A stretch of 63,892 nucleotides of DNA, counting the filler, from Octopus bimaculoides (Eukaryota), in NCBI RefSeq assembly GCF_001194135.2. It is 5 parts of 5 records of this genome, joined end to end, with 100 filler letters (N's around TTAATTAATTAA, not from the genome) between each part and the next. Parts side by side here need not be neighbours in the genome. Positions count along the whole stretch, not along the records: positions 1 to 16,450 come from NC_068983.1; 4 more parts are not named here. One strand, written 5' to 3'. Below the pieces are notes generated by a model. The model did no database searches, was not told where the DNA came from, and was given only the letters and a program-made list of their open reading frames with translations. Position numbers and translations under genes: made by a program. Shown here in pieces: positions 1-11,547 of the stretch. Every line of letters starts with the position of its first letter. Position 1 is the stretch's first letter.

Positions 1-237
1 ATATATATATATATATACATACATATCTATATATATATATAAATAATAATAAAGGAGTTACGACACAAAAACCTATAAATTCAAAAGAAAATATTTATCT
101 TCTTCAATATATATTTCAGTATAAAGAATTCATTAAGATGCATATCTTCACTGTCGTTTTTTTCTCCTATTTAGGTGATGATTTTTTAAGTTAGCTTACC
201 AATTATTTTTGTTGGTAGTTAATTTATAATATATTGT

Positions 238-274
<37 letters not shown>

Positions 275-277
<3 letters not shown>

Positions 278-1150
278 CAACAGGAGATCCAGAGGTGATG
301 CAGTACAACTGTTTCAAGCAGCTCCATTTAATTGAACAATGCAATCATTACATCAATTTAAATGCAGGGTTATCCTCAGCTGCATAAATAAATAAATAGC
401 ATTTTTTAAATCAGTTAGACATATTAATATAATTTTACTTAAATACACTAATAGAGTAAAAAGACAGACAAAATCCATGCTTGTAGCACTTCAGCTTAGA
501 AATTTCTAAGACATCAGGAAAAAAATTTGTTGGGGCTCATATTTTGTCATGGATTTTGGTTCAGTTTTAATTTATTAGTCTTGTTTATCAAATCTTAAAC
601 TAGAGAATTGTGTCTGTTAGGAAAGGGCAGGAGAGAGTTGACAGAACTTAGTAGGTATAGTCATAAAACTTGTCAAGGTTATTTTGAAGTAGTATAAAGT
701 AACTGGCTATAATGAGGTTAGGTAGTGGAAGACCTCAAATCAAGATGTTAATTACCAGTTAAAAGGGAAAGATGTTAATAAAACCAATGATGATAATACA
801 GAGGAAATTTTATCATGGGGTACTATAGGTGATTGATTTAAACAATATTGTTATGTTGTATAAAGATAAAATTTAGGATTATCAAGAAAAATATTATAAC
901 CAAAAAGATAAAATTTTGAATATATACCAAACTTTTCAAGAATAGAGAGAAAAAAAAAATTACATAGAATTAGTTTAATATTCATTCATATACTTAATTA
1001 TTTACTTATTAGGTGGTATCTATAAAGACTGATCCTGGTATTTACTAAAGGAATACTGGGGTGATAGAGCATGCTAACTATATAATAATTATAAGCTAAG
1101 AGGTATATTATAAGTTGTGAAGTTACCGGTGCTACTATATACAGGTTAAT
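275..1150 (-). mobile_element. Highly decayed LINE (CR1/L2-like RT relic plus 3' end running into (TA)n)
   Basis: Minus-strand peptide remnants ITPVF and VPHDKISSVLSSL resemble RT motifs (ITPVFK; AFDxVPHxxL). The 275-385 end segment recurs at about 16560-16740 and 38300-38490, each next to (TA)n. Confidence 0.4.
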
Positions 1151-1175
1151 ATAAATTTCTTGGGTTATATAAATA

Positions 1176-1215
<40 letters not shown>

Positions 1216-1217
1216 TT

Positions 1218-1261
1218 AAGGTCTGAGAGTTTCATATGTTGGCATGAAACTCTCAGACCTT
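1218..1261. repeat. Perfect 18-bp inverted repeat (hairpin, 8-nt loop)
   Basis: AAGGTCTGAGAGTTTCAT (1218-1235) and ATGAAACTCTCAGACCTT (1244-1261). Confidence 0.9.
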
Positions 1262-1299
1262 CATCCATAGATGCAACTTCAGTTATCAATTATAACAAT

Positions 1300-1700
1300 C
1301 TTCAGTGAGGGACAAAATACAGTAGCTCCCCAAAAATGTCAACAAGGCACAATCACACTCTGTAACATGATAAGGTCACAAAAATAACATACAATGTCAT
1401 CCACAGAAATGAATACCTTATGATAGACACCTCTCATATGGAATATATATCAGCATGTATTGATGAAACACTCCTATCAAAACTTCACCAATTGCAAACA
1501 AAACAGACCTGATGTAGCTATTTTGGATTGGAAGAAAAAGTTATATAGTATCATACAGGTTGGTTGCTCTGCTGATGGGAACATCTCTTCCAAAATCAGT
1601 GAACTTTACAAATACAATCAATAGAATTCTAATGGAAAAGTCTTGTTATTATGCTATTGATGTGAAAGTTGAAAAAGATAAATCTGTATGGGTCTAATTT
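1300..1700 (+). mobile_element. Decayed R4-like non-LTR retrotransposon, zinc-knuckle end and REL endonuclease
   Basis: Remnants PKMSTR...HDKV and CKQNRPDVAILDWKKK...QVGCSADGNISSKI parallel the intact copy at 31286-31612. Confidence 0.6.
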
Positions 1701-2239
1701 AATTGCTTGTACCATCTTTTACTTAATTTTATGACTGAGGGGATTTTAGGGGGTCATATATCAATGAATTAGATGTAGATCCACGTTTTAGTTTGTTTTT
1801 AGTGTCAGGTTCTCTAGAATTTAGTGATCACAAGATTAACTGAGTTAGGTATTAGCTAAAGCTTTTGTTATATATATATGTATAGACACACACACATACA
1901 CACACTTATGTCATCCCTATCCCATCTCTAACCATCTCTCCTCACATCCTTATGAAACTTACCCCTCTATTCTCTGCTGCCTATTCACCCAGTCCAACCC
2001 TTTATATCACTTCACCTATATTTACCCCCACCCATTGTACCTTGACAGTATGTTCTAACATATATCCACCACTATCTCTCACTCTTTCTCTTCCTCTCAA
2101 TCTCTTTCTCTCCATTCTTTTCCAGCTGGTATATCCTTCTATCTTTTCTACAGCAGACACCTATCTCTATTCCTCTATTATTCATTTTAACCTCTCAAAA
2201 AAAAAAAAAAAAAAAAAAGCCACTTCTTCCAATACTACT

Positions 2240-2480
2240 CCCCTTCCTAGTCGAGTGGGTCTCTACTTGGTGACTCTGCTAGTGCTAATGCCATTCAAAA
2301 AACACTTAGTATATTCTGCAAAGTTGTTGGCATCAGAAAGGGCATCCAAGGTGTAGAAGCCATGCCAAAGCAGACAACAGTGCTTGACACATTCGTTTGG
2401 TTTGCTAGCTCTTGTCAAACTATCTAACCCATGCCAGCATGGAAAACAGATGTTAAATGATGGTGATAATGATGATGATG

Positions 2481-2482
<2 letters not shown>
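2240..2482 (+). mobile_element. Retroposon 3' end with (GAT)n tail (RTE-related SINE/LINE tail family)
   Basis: Contains AAGGGCATCCA...AACCCATGCCAGCATGGAAAACAGATGTTAAATGATG, shared with 7086-7527, 14375-14720 and 51006-51440. Confidence 0.7.
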
Positions 2483-2536
<54 letters not shown>

Positions 2537-3004
2537 ATGCATGCGAGTATCTGCTTGTGCGTGAGCATGATTGTGAATGTTTTTGAAGTGTACACCAAGG
2601 TTTAGTGGCAGATCATGACATAACTGTTTGCTCCTCAGCTACAAGCAGTGGCATCATCATTTGTAGCTGGGCTTCAACTAGGGATGTCTCTTGACATCTT
2701 CTGTCAACATATCATCCATTAGCTCTGCAAGTATCAATAAATCTAAATTTTAAAAAAATAAATCTCTTACTCAAAAACAAATAAGGGTGAATGAAAAGGT
2801 AAACTAACAGCTGTAAAAATCCTGCTCTAATATTGGCTCAAGCTATACTAACATAAAAAAAACAGATGTTAAAATAAATGGGCTATATATATATNNNNNN
2901 NNNNNNNNNNNNNNNNNNNNNNNNNNNNNNNNNNNNNNNNNNNNNNNNNNNNNNNNNNNNNNNNNNNNNNNNNNNNNNNNNNNNNNNNNNNNNNNNNNNN
3001 NNGG

Positions 3005-3257
3005 GAAGTGTATTGCCACTTAAGTGTGGCTGACCCCTAGGGGTGGATGTTACTGTTGCTTTAGCCCCAGGAGGACATCTCCTCCAGCTGGCTTATCGAC
3101 ACACTACTGTGTCCTGTTTGTTTTGCCAAGGGAAGTTATCCCTCTCATCGTGATCGTAGCACGAATGGACCCGGGTTTCAGTGTTATTTCCCTTCGTCAG
3201 CGTCCGATAGCTACTGACCTTTGATGAGAGAGCCACACTTAAGTGGCAATACACTTC
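3005..3257. mobile_element. Element bounded by perfect 27-bp inverted repeats, Penelope pseudo-LTR-like, carrying a hammerhead
   Basis: GAAGTGTATTGCCACTTAAGTGTGGCT (3005-3031) is the exact reverse complement of 3231-3257. Confidence 0.7.
3156..3214 (-). ncRNA. Type I minimal hammerhead ribozyme, intact core
   Basis: Minus strand reads GTAGC-TAT-CGGACG CTGACGA AGGG-AAATAA-CACT GAAA CCCGG GTC^ CATTCG-T-GCTAC. Stem III is palindromic (ACCCGGGT) and stem I is two-part. Confidence 0.75.
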
Positions 3258-3462
3258 ACTTTATCGTGCAGTTACTGTTAATACTTCATTTAGAGAATTA
3301 ACATTGCTTGTTTTCACTTTTTCGATATCAGTGAAGAATTTCACTGGAAAAATATACATAAGGTTGCCAAGAATTTATATCTCTCATCGAAGGTCGGAAC
3401 GTGAAACTCAGAGTAACAGTCTTTTGTTATATTTCTGCTGCTTTTAAATAAAGTATATATAT

Positions 3463-3920
3463 ATATTATAATAATCATAACAATAATCCTTGGGTAGAAT
3501 TTATAAACATTTAATGCATTGCTACATGTCCCCACAAATCACATGATTCTTAAGTTCACAGTCCGTATTCCTGGGATGATTATAGTGAAGTCCATAGTAT
3601 CCATGGGAATCCAGTTGATCCTCATCATTGATTCATTTCTTCAGGTGATATAACATTAGTTCATGTATAACAGAAGTATGCTTATCTCTTTTTACCAGTA
3701 CTGGTGAAAAGGGACAAGTGTAACTAATGTTATATTGCCTGAAGAAACAGATCAATGATGGTGATCAACCGGATGCCTATGGATACTACAGACTACCTTG
3801 GAATCATCCCAGGAATACGGTCTGTGATCTTAAAAGTTATGCGATTTATGGAAACACATGTAGCGATGCATTAAATGTTTATAAATTCCATCCAAGGATT
3901 ATTGTTACTATTATTATATT
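3463..3920. mobile_element. Spacer-less palindromic fold-back element/MITE, arms about 220-235 bp
   Basis: Centre ACCAGT|ACTGGT at 3694-3705. The arms give mirror ORFs (TCSNALNVYKFYPRII on -, TCSDALNVYKFHPRII on +). Confidence 0.85.
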
Positions 3921-4077
3921 TAACCTACATTATATCGTACCACTTGATGAAAGCCCAAAACACTGGCACACTAGTCAACATCATTAGAAAGTGGCTGACA
4001 TAATGGAATAAGGGTTTTATTTTCATATGGCCCTGAAAGCAGTCATATTCCACCTTGCAAAATTTTTCTTGTGGACC

Positions 4078-4122
<45 letters not shown>

Positions 4123-4785
4123 AATGTACAAAAATGGTATTGTGGTTAAGGGATTCACTTCAAAACCCTATGATGTTAGTTTCAGCCCTACAGGCCGTAC
4201 CTTATGCAAGTAACTTCTACTATAGAGCTAACTAATGTCTAGTGAGTTTACTTTGTAGCTAGAAACTGTGTTGAAGCCCATCGTGTATGAATGTTCATGT
4301 ACTTATAAATATGTAGGTGAGTGGAGGAGAGAGATGTGATTTTGTTAGTCTCTGTAACCAACTTTTTAGATGTTCACCCTACATCATGGTACACCCTCTG
4401 CACTATTTGCCCTTACTGGCCTGCTGCTGCCATCTTTGAAGTGCAGGAAATGAAAGTAACTCAATTCTTCCATACTTCTTTGAAGGAAATAAAAGCATAC
4501 CACTAAACTTACAAACACATATTTGATGAGCATATGTAGATATTACTGGATGACCATTGATTCTCTTGGGTTCATCTGTTCTTTGATAGGTGTCATTTTC
4601 CATCTAGTAGATGGAAATGTTCAAAATCACCTTTCTTCACTAAGAAAGCTTGGTGATGTTGTCAGTTTAGTTATAAGAAACTAACCGTGCAGCATGTTAT
4701 CCTAAGTATAACATGCCAGTAGCACTCTTAAGTGACCTGGCAACACACACACACACATGAGCACACATGCACAAACACATGCATA

Positions 4786-5714
4786 CAGGGTGCAGTGAAT
4801 AAACTGTCGTCTAAATTATGCAAAAATGAAAATAACACTGACATCTCACTTTAACAGACATATTTACCAAAATTACATAAAACTAACTTGAAATACTAAA
4901 GAGTAAATTTATTCAATAAAATCAACATTGGCTTCAACTACAGCCTCCAGACGACTTCGGAATCTCCTGCAACACTTCTGGATAGTCTACTTGTTTAAGT
5001 TGTTGAATGCAACCATAATCCTTACCTTCAGTTCCTCTTTGGTGTTATTAAGGAGTTTTGTTGGTCTCTCACTCAACTGCGCCCCACACATAATAATAAA
5101 GCGGGTGCAGTCTAGGGAGTTAGATGGCTAGATGTTAGGGGTGATGTGGTCACAAAAATTGTCTGATAGCCATGACTGGGTTCTCCTGCTTGTGTGGCAA
5201 CCACGACTGGGTTCTCCTGCCTGTTCAGAATTCTGTTGCTAGACACTGGGTCTTCCAGCAGCCACCTTCTTGACCTAGAATAGCACTACCTCCTCCAGGC
5301 ACTTGATGTAGGTCTCCATGTTGAGTCTGAGGCTGTGTGGGAAGATAAATGGAAGCATAATGTCACCATCACTAGTGCATCATGGTGTTGTTTTTCTCAC
5401 AGATGGTGCCCAACTAACCCTACTCTGAACACCATGATGCTGATTGGATGTTTGATTTTTATCACTCTCGGTACATGTCCTCAGATTGACACCCTAATAC
5501 TCTGAAATGTTCATATTGGAGCTTCTGGCACGAATGCCAAGCAGTACAGCATGGTGTTTCTAAATTTCTGGCAGAGTGAATTGCATCATATATAACTTAC
5601 AGATGGTGTCCAACTGACCCTACTATACAGTGTAGTTGACAAAACCAAAAACAAACAAAGTGCATGCATGAAATTAAAAATATAAAATGGCAACAATATA
5701 CCCATTGCACCCTG
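4786..5714 (-). mobile_element. maT (DD37D-type Tc1/mariner) internal-deletion derivative
   Basis: Termini CAGGGTGCAGTGAATA and ATACCCATTGCACCCTG with a TA flank on the left. Minus peptides KHPISIMVF, DGDIMLPFIFP, WLSDNFCDHITPNI, YYYVWGAVER and FRSRLEAVVEAN. Confidence 0.85.
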
Positions 5715-5715
5715 C

Positions 5716-5746
<31 letters not shown>

Positions 5747-5922
5747 CATACATACACACACACACATATATATATATATATANNNNNNNNNNNNNNNNNN
5801 NNNNNNNNNNNNNNNNNNNNNNNNNNNNNNNNNNNNNNNNNNNNNNNNNNNNNNNNNNNNNNNNNNNNNNNNNNNNNNNNNNNNNNNNNNNNNNNNNNNN
5901 NAATATACCCATTGCACCCTGC

Positions 5923-5993
<71 letters not shown>

Positions 5994-7085
5994 ATAATAC
6001 ATATGTATATATGTGAAGGGGCACAGATATTTACACTCTTTAGAACACCTTAAGAAATATTTTGATCCACTTACAGATTCTTAGAAAAATACATTAAATA
6101 TTTTCTTAAGGTCTTACTTTAAATTTCATCTAGAGTAGGTATCTTGACTTAAAACTTTCTTCTTTAATCCTCCACTTGTTTTCCAAACTACAACGAAAAC
6201 CAATATTCACATAACTTTGAAGTACTTTCCAAAGCCTTAACAATTTACTGTGCCCACCAACACATTTCTCTCCTCCCTTAATCTCTAAAATTTTCTTGCA
6301 TCTACTCTATCTCATATTTTAGCATTAACAGAATCCCTCTCCTCTATCCCAACTTCCACTGTATATTGAATATAACCCACTGCTATCTGTTCACCCCTCA
6401 CCTTCCCGAACCCCTCTTATTTTGATGGATTTAATCTTCTATTTGACAGCATGCAATAACATTTATGCTCTACAACTACTTTTCACTTTATAGATTGGAT
6501 AAGCCTCCACAAGTGATAATCCTAGTAAACTTCAACAGATTATAGTAAATACTAGATTATGCACAAGTATTGAATCCTTTGTTCATTCAGTGTTTGTTTA
6601 ATGCTTTTTTGTATTGAAAAACATCTAAAAACAATATAAGAGCCTTTGCATGACTGAGCTCTTTCAATATATTCTGATAATTTACCCAATGCAATCACAG
6701 CTTCATAAAAGGAGAAATTAAAGAGTATAGTTTCTCAAGAAAGATCCTAAAGAAAACCTAAGAACAAATTCAGACTCAAATCCACTAAATATCTTCTACT
6801 TAGCAATCTCTCAAACATGTCTTATACTTGCTGATAATTCTTCAAACATATGAATCTAGTCTAAAATAATGAACCAGATCAAAGAAAGCAAAAGCATTTT
6901 CATTAAGTCAGATAAAAAAATGAAGAATAATTATGAATTGAATAGATGAATAAGAATTGCCAGAGATTCTCATCCAACTTCTTGTCCAGTTCTAAATAAT
7001 TTCAATATATTGCAACAGCACTTGATACAGAAGATAAAAAAGACCCAAGAATCTGATTTCATTCTAAAGGGCCATAAACCCAATT

Positions 7086-7527
7086 TTCATCAGCTGTCGA
7101 GCGAGATTTGTTGCCAGTGCCGATGGACTGGCTCCTGTGCAGGTGACATGTAAAATACACCATTTCGAGCGTGGTCGTTGATCGTTACCAATGTCGCCTT
7201 CCTGGCACGTGAAAAGACATTTGAGCGAGATCGTTGCCAGTGCCAAAGGACTGGCTCCTGTGCAGGTGGCACGTAAAGTACACCATTTCGAGCGTGGCCG
7301 TCGCCAGTACCTGCCAGATTGGCCCTCGTGCTGGTGGCACATAAAAGCACCCACTACACTCTCGGAGTGGTTGGTGTTAGGAAGGGCATCCAGCTGTAGA
7401 AACTCTGCCAAATCAGATTGGAGCCTGGTGTCGCCTCCTGGTCCACCAGTCCTCAGTCAATCGTCCAACCCATGCTAGCATGGAAAGCAGACGTTAAATG
7501 ATGATGATGATGATGATGATGATGATG
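7086..7527 (+). mobile_element. GC-rich retroposon with internal ~124-bp duplication and (GAT)n tail
   Basis: GTTGCCAGTGCC..GGACTGGCTCCTGTGCAGGTG..CACCATTTCGAGCGTGG occurs twice (about 7109 and 7233), followed by the AAGGGCATCCAG tail. Confidence 0.8.
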
Positions 7528-7899
7528 TCTGTCTGCTATCTTTGTCTGCTATCTTGTCTGCTATTTCAAAGATACAACTTTGGCATTGCACATAATATCA
7601 TTTCCCACATTAAAATCATTTGGAACACTATCAAGAGTCATCCATTCATTCAACTTTATTCTGAATTTTAAAAAATGCTGCTTTTTCCAATTCAAGATTT
7701 GGAACTATTAGGGTGACAAGCTGACAGAATCATTACCATGCAAGAAAAAAATGCTTAGCAACATTCCTTCCAACTTCATGTCAGGAGTTCACATGATGTC
7801 TGGGTCAACTTTGCTTTTCATCATTTTGGGGTCAATAAAATAAGTACCAGTTGAGCACTGGGGTCAACGTAATTGACTTAACACCTTCCCAAAATTGTT

Positions 7900-8975
7900 G
7901 GTACTGTTAGCCATATGAGGTGTTGTTGAATGAGGGAAAGGTATGTATGGAAGAGGATATCCATGAAGTTCAGTAAAGAATTTGGAGGACAATTAGGTGT
8001 CGACCAGAGCTCATTTCTTGGTCTGTTCCTATGTCTTATAGGATACAGTAGAGGTATTTAAGATAAGCTGCTCATAGGATCCTATATGCTGATGACTGAG
8101 TGCTTAAAGCAGACAGTGCAGAAAATTTGGAGAAAAAATTCCATGTGGAATCAAAATTTAGAATTGAGATATCTCAGAGAAAATTTAGTACAGACTATGA
8201 TTTTAGTTGAAAAGGAGAGGAACTCTGATACTATCAGTGAACTAGCCATGGTCAAGATGCAAAAATGGAGTAAGTAAAAATTCTATACCATGCACCCTGC
8301 GCATGCAAAAGGGATGTGGAATCAAAGGTGAGTTGTCAGTAAACAAAAACTTTGCTTGTGGTAAATGTATACAAGTAGTTAGCCCTCAATGCACCATTAA
8401 AATAAATGTTGCAATACTCAGGCAGTTTACAGAAATATTTCATAGCTTCTGTTATCTAGGTGACCCAATCAGTGATGGAAGGGTCGTTTTGAAAGCAAAG
8501 TAGCAAGGACTCGAATACAGTCGGAAAAAGTTTAGGGTGCTACTGGTGAAGATTCTCTCTCTATAAGTGGAGGATAGATTGCACAATGCTTGTATATATT
8601 GTGTGTAAACTTCAATGCTGTGTGGTAGTGAAGCATGGGAATTATTTGTGGAAAAGGTGTTAAGGTCGGAAAGAAACAAAGTGAGCATGTATTGCTTAAT
8701 GGGTAAAGTTAGAGTTTATGAATGACAAGGCAAAGATAAGTTGTGGGAAAAGCTGGGTATAAGAGGAATCAGTTTAAGTGTCTAAGAGAGATGGTTATGT
8801 TGGTATTAGCATATAATGCATATGTATGATGACATGTGGGCGAAGAAGTGCCTGATTTGAGTGGAAAGAACCAGAAGAAGACAATTGAAGACAGACAGAA
8901 AAAGTGGATGTGATAATGATGATGATGATGATGAGGAGGAGGATGATGATGCTGATGATGATGCTGATGATAAGA
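7900..8975 (+). mobile_element. Decayed RTE-clade LINE, RT C-terminal half with (GAT)n tail
   Basis: Frameshifted motifs FCYLGD, SMLCGSEAW, KLWEKLGIRGI and WLCWY. Confidence 0.75.
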
Positions 8976-9289
8976 TTGAATGCCATGAGAGATAATGCTT
9001 TATCTTTATGCTTGTTTAGATCATATTAAGTTGTCTTTACATATGTAATTTAATATGTGACTTTAGTAATGTGGGAGTTAAAATTGAGATATCAATGTGT
9101 CTATATATGAAAATAATTAAATTTTCTCACTCAATGTTTAGCTGAAATATTAAGAGTTCTTTTGAAATTATCTGGGTTTTTTATTTTCTCTTCTATGATA
9201 AAGTTAGCTATTGATAACTCTGAGAGATATTTATAACTTATTCAAGGTGTTATAAGGAGATCTAAATCTAAATATTTCAGTTATCTTTT

Positions 9290-9672
9290 ATCTTTTACTT
9301 AGATCAATCATTGAACTGTAGCCATTCTGGGGCACTACCTTGAAGGGTTTTAGTTCAACAAATTAATAGCAGTATGTACTTACTTTTTTTTTTTTCAAGT
9401 CTAACACTTATTCTATCAATCTCTTCTACTGAACCACTAAGTTATAATGATGTAAGCAAACTAACACCAGTCATATGGTGTTAGAATACAAAAACTTACA
9501 CAAGCACACACATGATGGGCTTCTAACAGTTTCTTTGTATGAAATGCACTCTCAAGGCATTGGTCAACCTGGGACAGTAAAAGAAGACACTTGCCTAAGA
9601 TACCAAGCAGTAGGACTCAACATGAAACTATGTGGTTGCAAACAGAGCTTCTCAACCACATAGCCGTACCTG
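9290..9672 (-). mobile_element. SINE family A, decayed
   Basis: Tail and tRNA-like head similar to 10612-10977. Confidence 0.6.
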
Positions 9673-9874
9673 TACAATTATTGGAAAAATATAATTTCTA
9701 ATTATTTTTATATTAGTTATAATTTTAGTTAGTAAGAAATATGTATTTCATAAGACTATTTAAGACCTATGGTTATCTTATAAAGTAAGACTTACTTTTT
9801 ACAACAATATAGTTATGTATGTATGCATGTGAATGCGTGTGTGTGCCTACATGTATGTATGTATCTCTCTCTCT

Positions 9875-9950
<76 letters not shown>

Positions 9951-10611
9951 GCGAGAGAGAGAGAGGGAGAGACATACATACATATGTATCTATGTATGCA
10001 TGTGTATGGGGGGTGGGGTGGAACAAACATTATAATAATGTCAGTAATATCTATTGTAATACCTGAATTACATTTTAATTAATATTCTTTAATTTAAATT
10101 CTGAACATTTTTGACACAAACAGTTGTAATCAACAAGAGTTTAGTCCCTTAAATAATGTCTTTTATCATAATTTTAAATGCAGATCAAGAACATAAAATT
10201 GTTGAATATCTATGATTGTTGATTAATTATATGAATTTATTAGATCTTTAGTTATAGTTGAAATTTTCAGTTATGTCATGTGACATAGTAGTTTTTTTCT
10301 GCCACATAAAAAAAAAAACAAAAAAGACTAGAAAAATAAAGATTTTCCTGAAAAGGAGAATATGTAAAACAAAAAAGAGATGTTAAAATTTGTTACTCTA
10401 GATCAGTGTTCTCAACCATTTTTTTTTTTACTTATGGACACCTTTGATTAGTATTTTACTCTAGTGAATTGCTATAACCATTCAACATTTAAAAAATCTT
10501 GTACTTTTATAACTAAATGTTATTAGGAATTTATAAAAATATTTTGCATTTGTAGAAGTATATCCAATTTATTGCACATAACTTTTAACGTCTAACTAAA
10601 TTCTATATTCG

Positions 10612-10977
10612 TTTATTCTTTTATTTGTTTCAGTCATTTGACTGCGGCCATGCTGGAGCACCGCCTTTATTCGAGCAAATCGACCCCAGGACTTATTCTT
10701 TGTAAGCCTAGTACTTATTCTATCGGTCTCTTTTGCCGAGCTGCTAGTTATGGGGACGTAAACACACCAACATTAGTTGTCAAGCATTGGTGAGGGGACA
10801 AACACAGACGTGCGACAGGCTTCTTTCATTTTCCATCTACGAAATTTACTCATAAGGCTTTGGTCAGCTCGAGGCTATAGTAAAAGACACTTGCCCAAGG
10901 TGCCAAACAGTAGAACTGAAGCCGGAACCATGTAGCTGATGAGCAAGCTACTTACCACACAGCCACTCCTCTGCCTA
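10612..10977 (-). mobile_element. SINE family A (tRNA-like head, CCTTGGGCAAGTGTC core, AAAAGA-type tail), near complete
   Basis: More than 12 related copies in the window; A/B-box-like head on the minus strand. Confidence 0.9.
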
Positions 10978-10990
10978 TAGAATGTTTACT

Positions 10991-11242
10991 ATCTTTTATT
11001 TTTGTCTTTTAGTTGTTTCAGTCATTAGATTGTGGCCATGCTGGAGCACTGCCTTGAAGAAGTTTAGGTCGAATGCATTGACCCCCCCCCCACCGGTACC
11101 TAATGTTTTGTTTTTTAACGACTGGTACTTATTCTATCGACTTCTTTAACCAAACCACTAAGTTACATGGATGTAAACACACCAACACTAGTTGTCAAGT
11201 GGTGGTGGTGAAACAAACACAGACACAAAGACACACACACAC
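10991..11242 (-). mobile_element. SINE family A tail half (its head lies at 12820-12984)
   Basis: Matches the tail of 10612-10977 and ends at the internal (CA)/(TA) tract. Confidence 0.8.
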
Positions 11243-11547
11243 AGGTATATATATATATATATATATTGGAAGGTTTGGAGGTGATGTACAAGAATTATAT
11301 ATTAGAAAAAATAATAAGGTACTCAGATATCTGGATGGTTGTACATTTGCAGATTTTTATTAATATGTCACATGTTTTATAAACACCTTATTATTTTTTC
11401 TAATANNNNNNNNNNNNNNNNNNNNNNNNNNNNNNNNNNNNNNNNNNNNNNNNNNNNNNNNNNNNNNNNNNNNNNNNNNNNNNNNNNNNNNNNNNNNNNN
11501 NNNNNNNNNNNNNNNNNNNNNNNNNNNTATATATATATATATATATA

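Noticed and set aside
5694-5945. Direct repeat AATATACCCATTGCACCCTGCACATAC on both sides of a gap
   Set aside because: Identical sequence flanking an N run is most likely an unmerged contig overlap, not a real duplication or second TIR.
6600-7050. Penelope RT-like remnant (SIFIKSDK) and a similar weak signal at 20650-21200
   Set aside because: Only a few residues match; too degraded to call.
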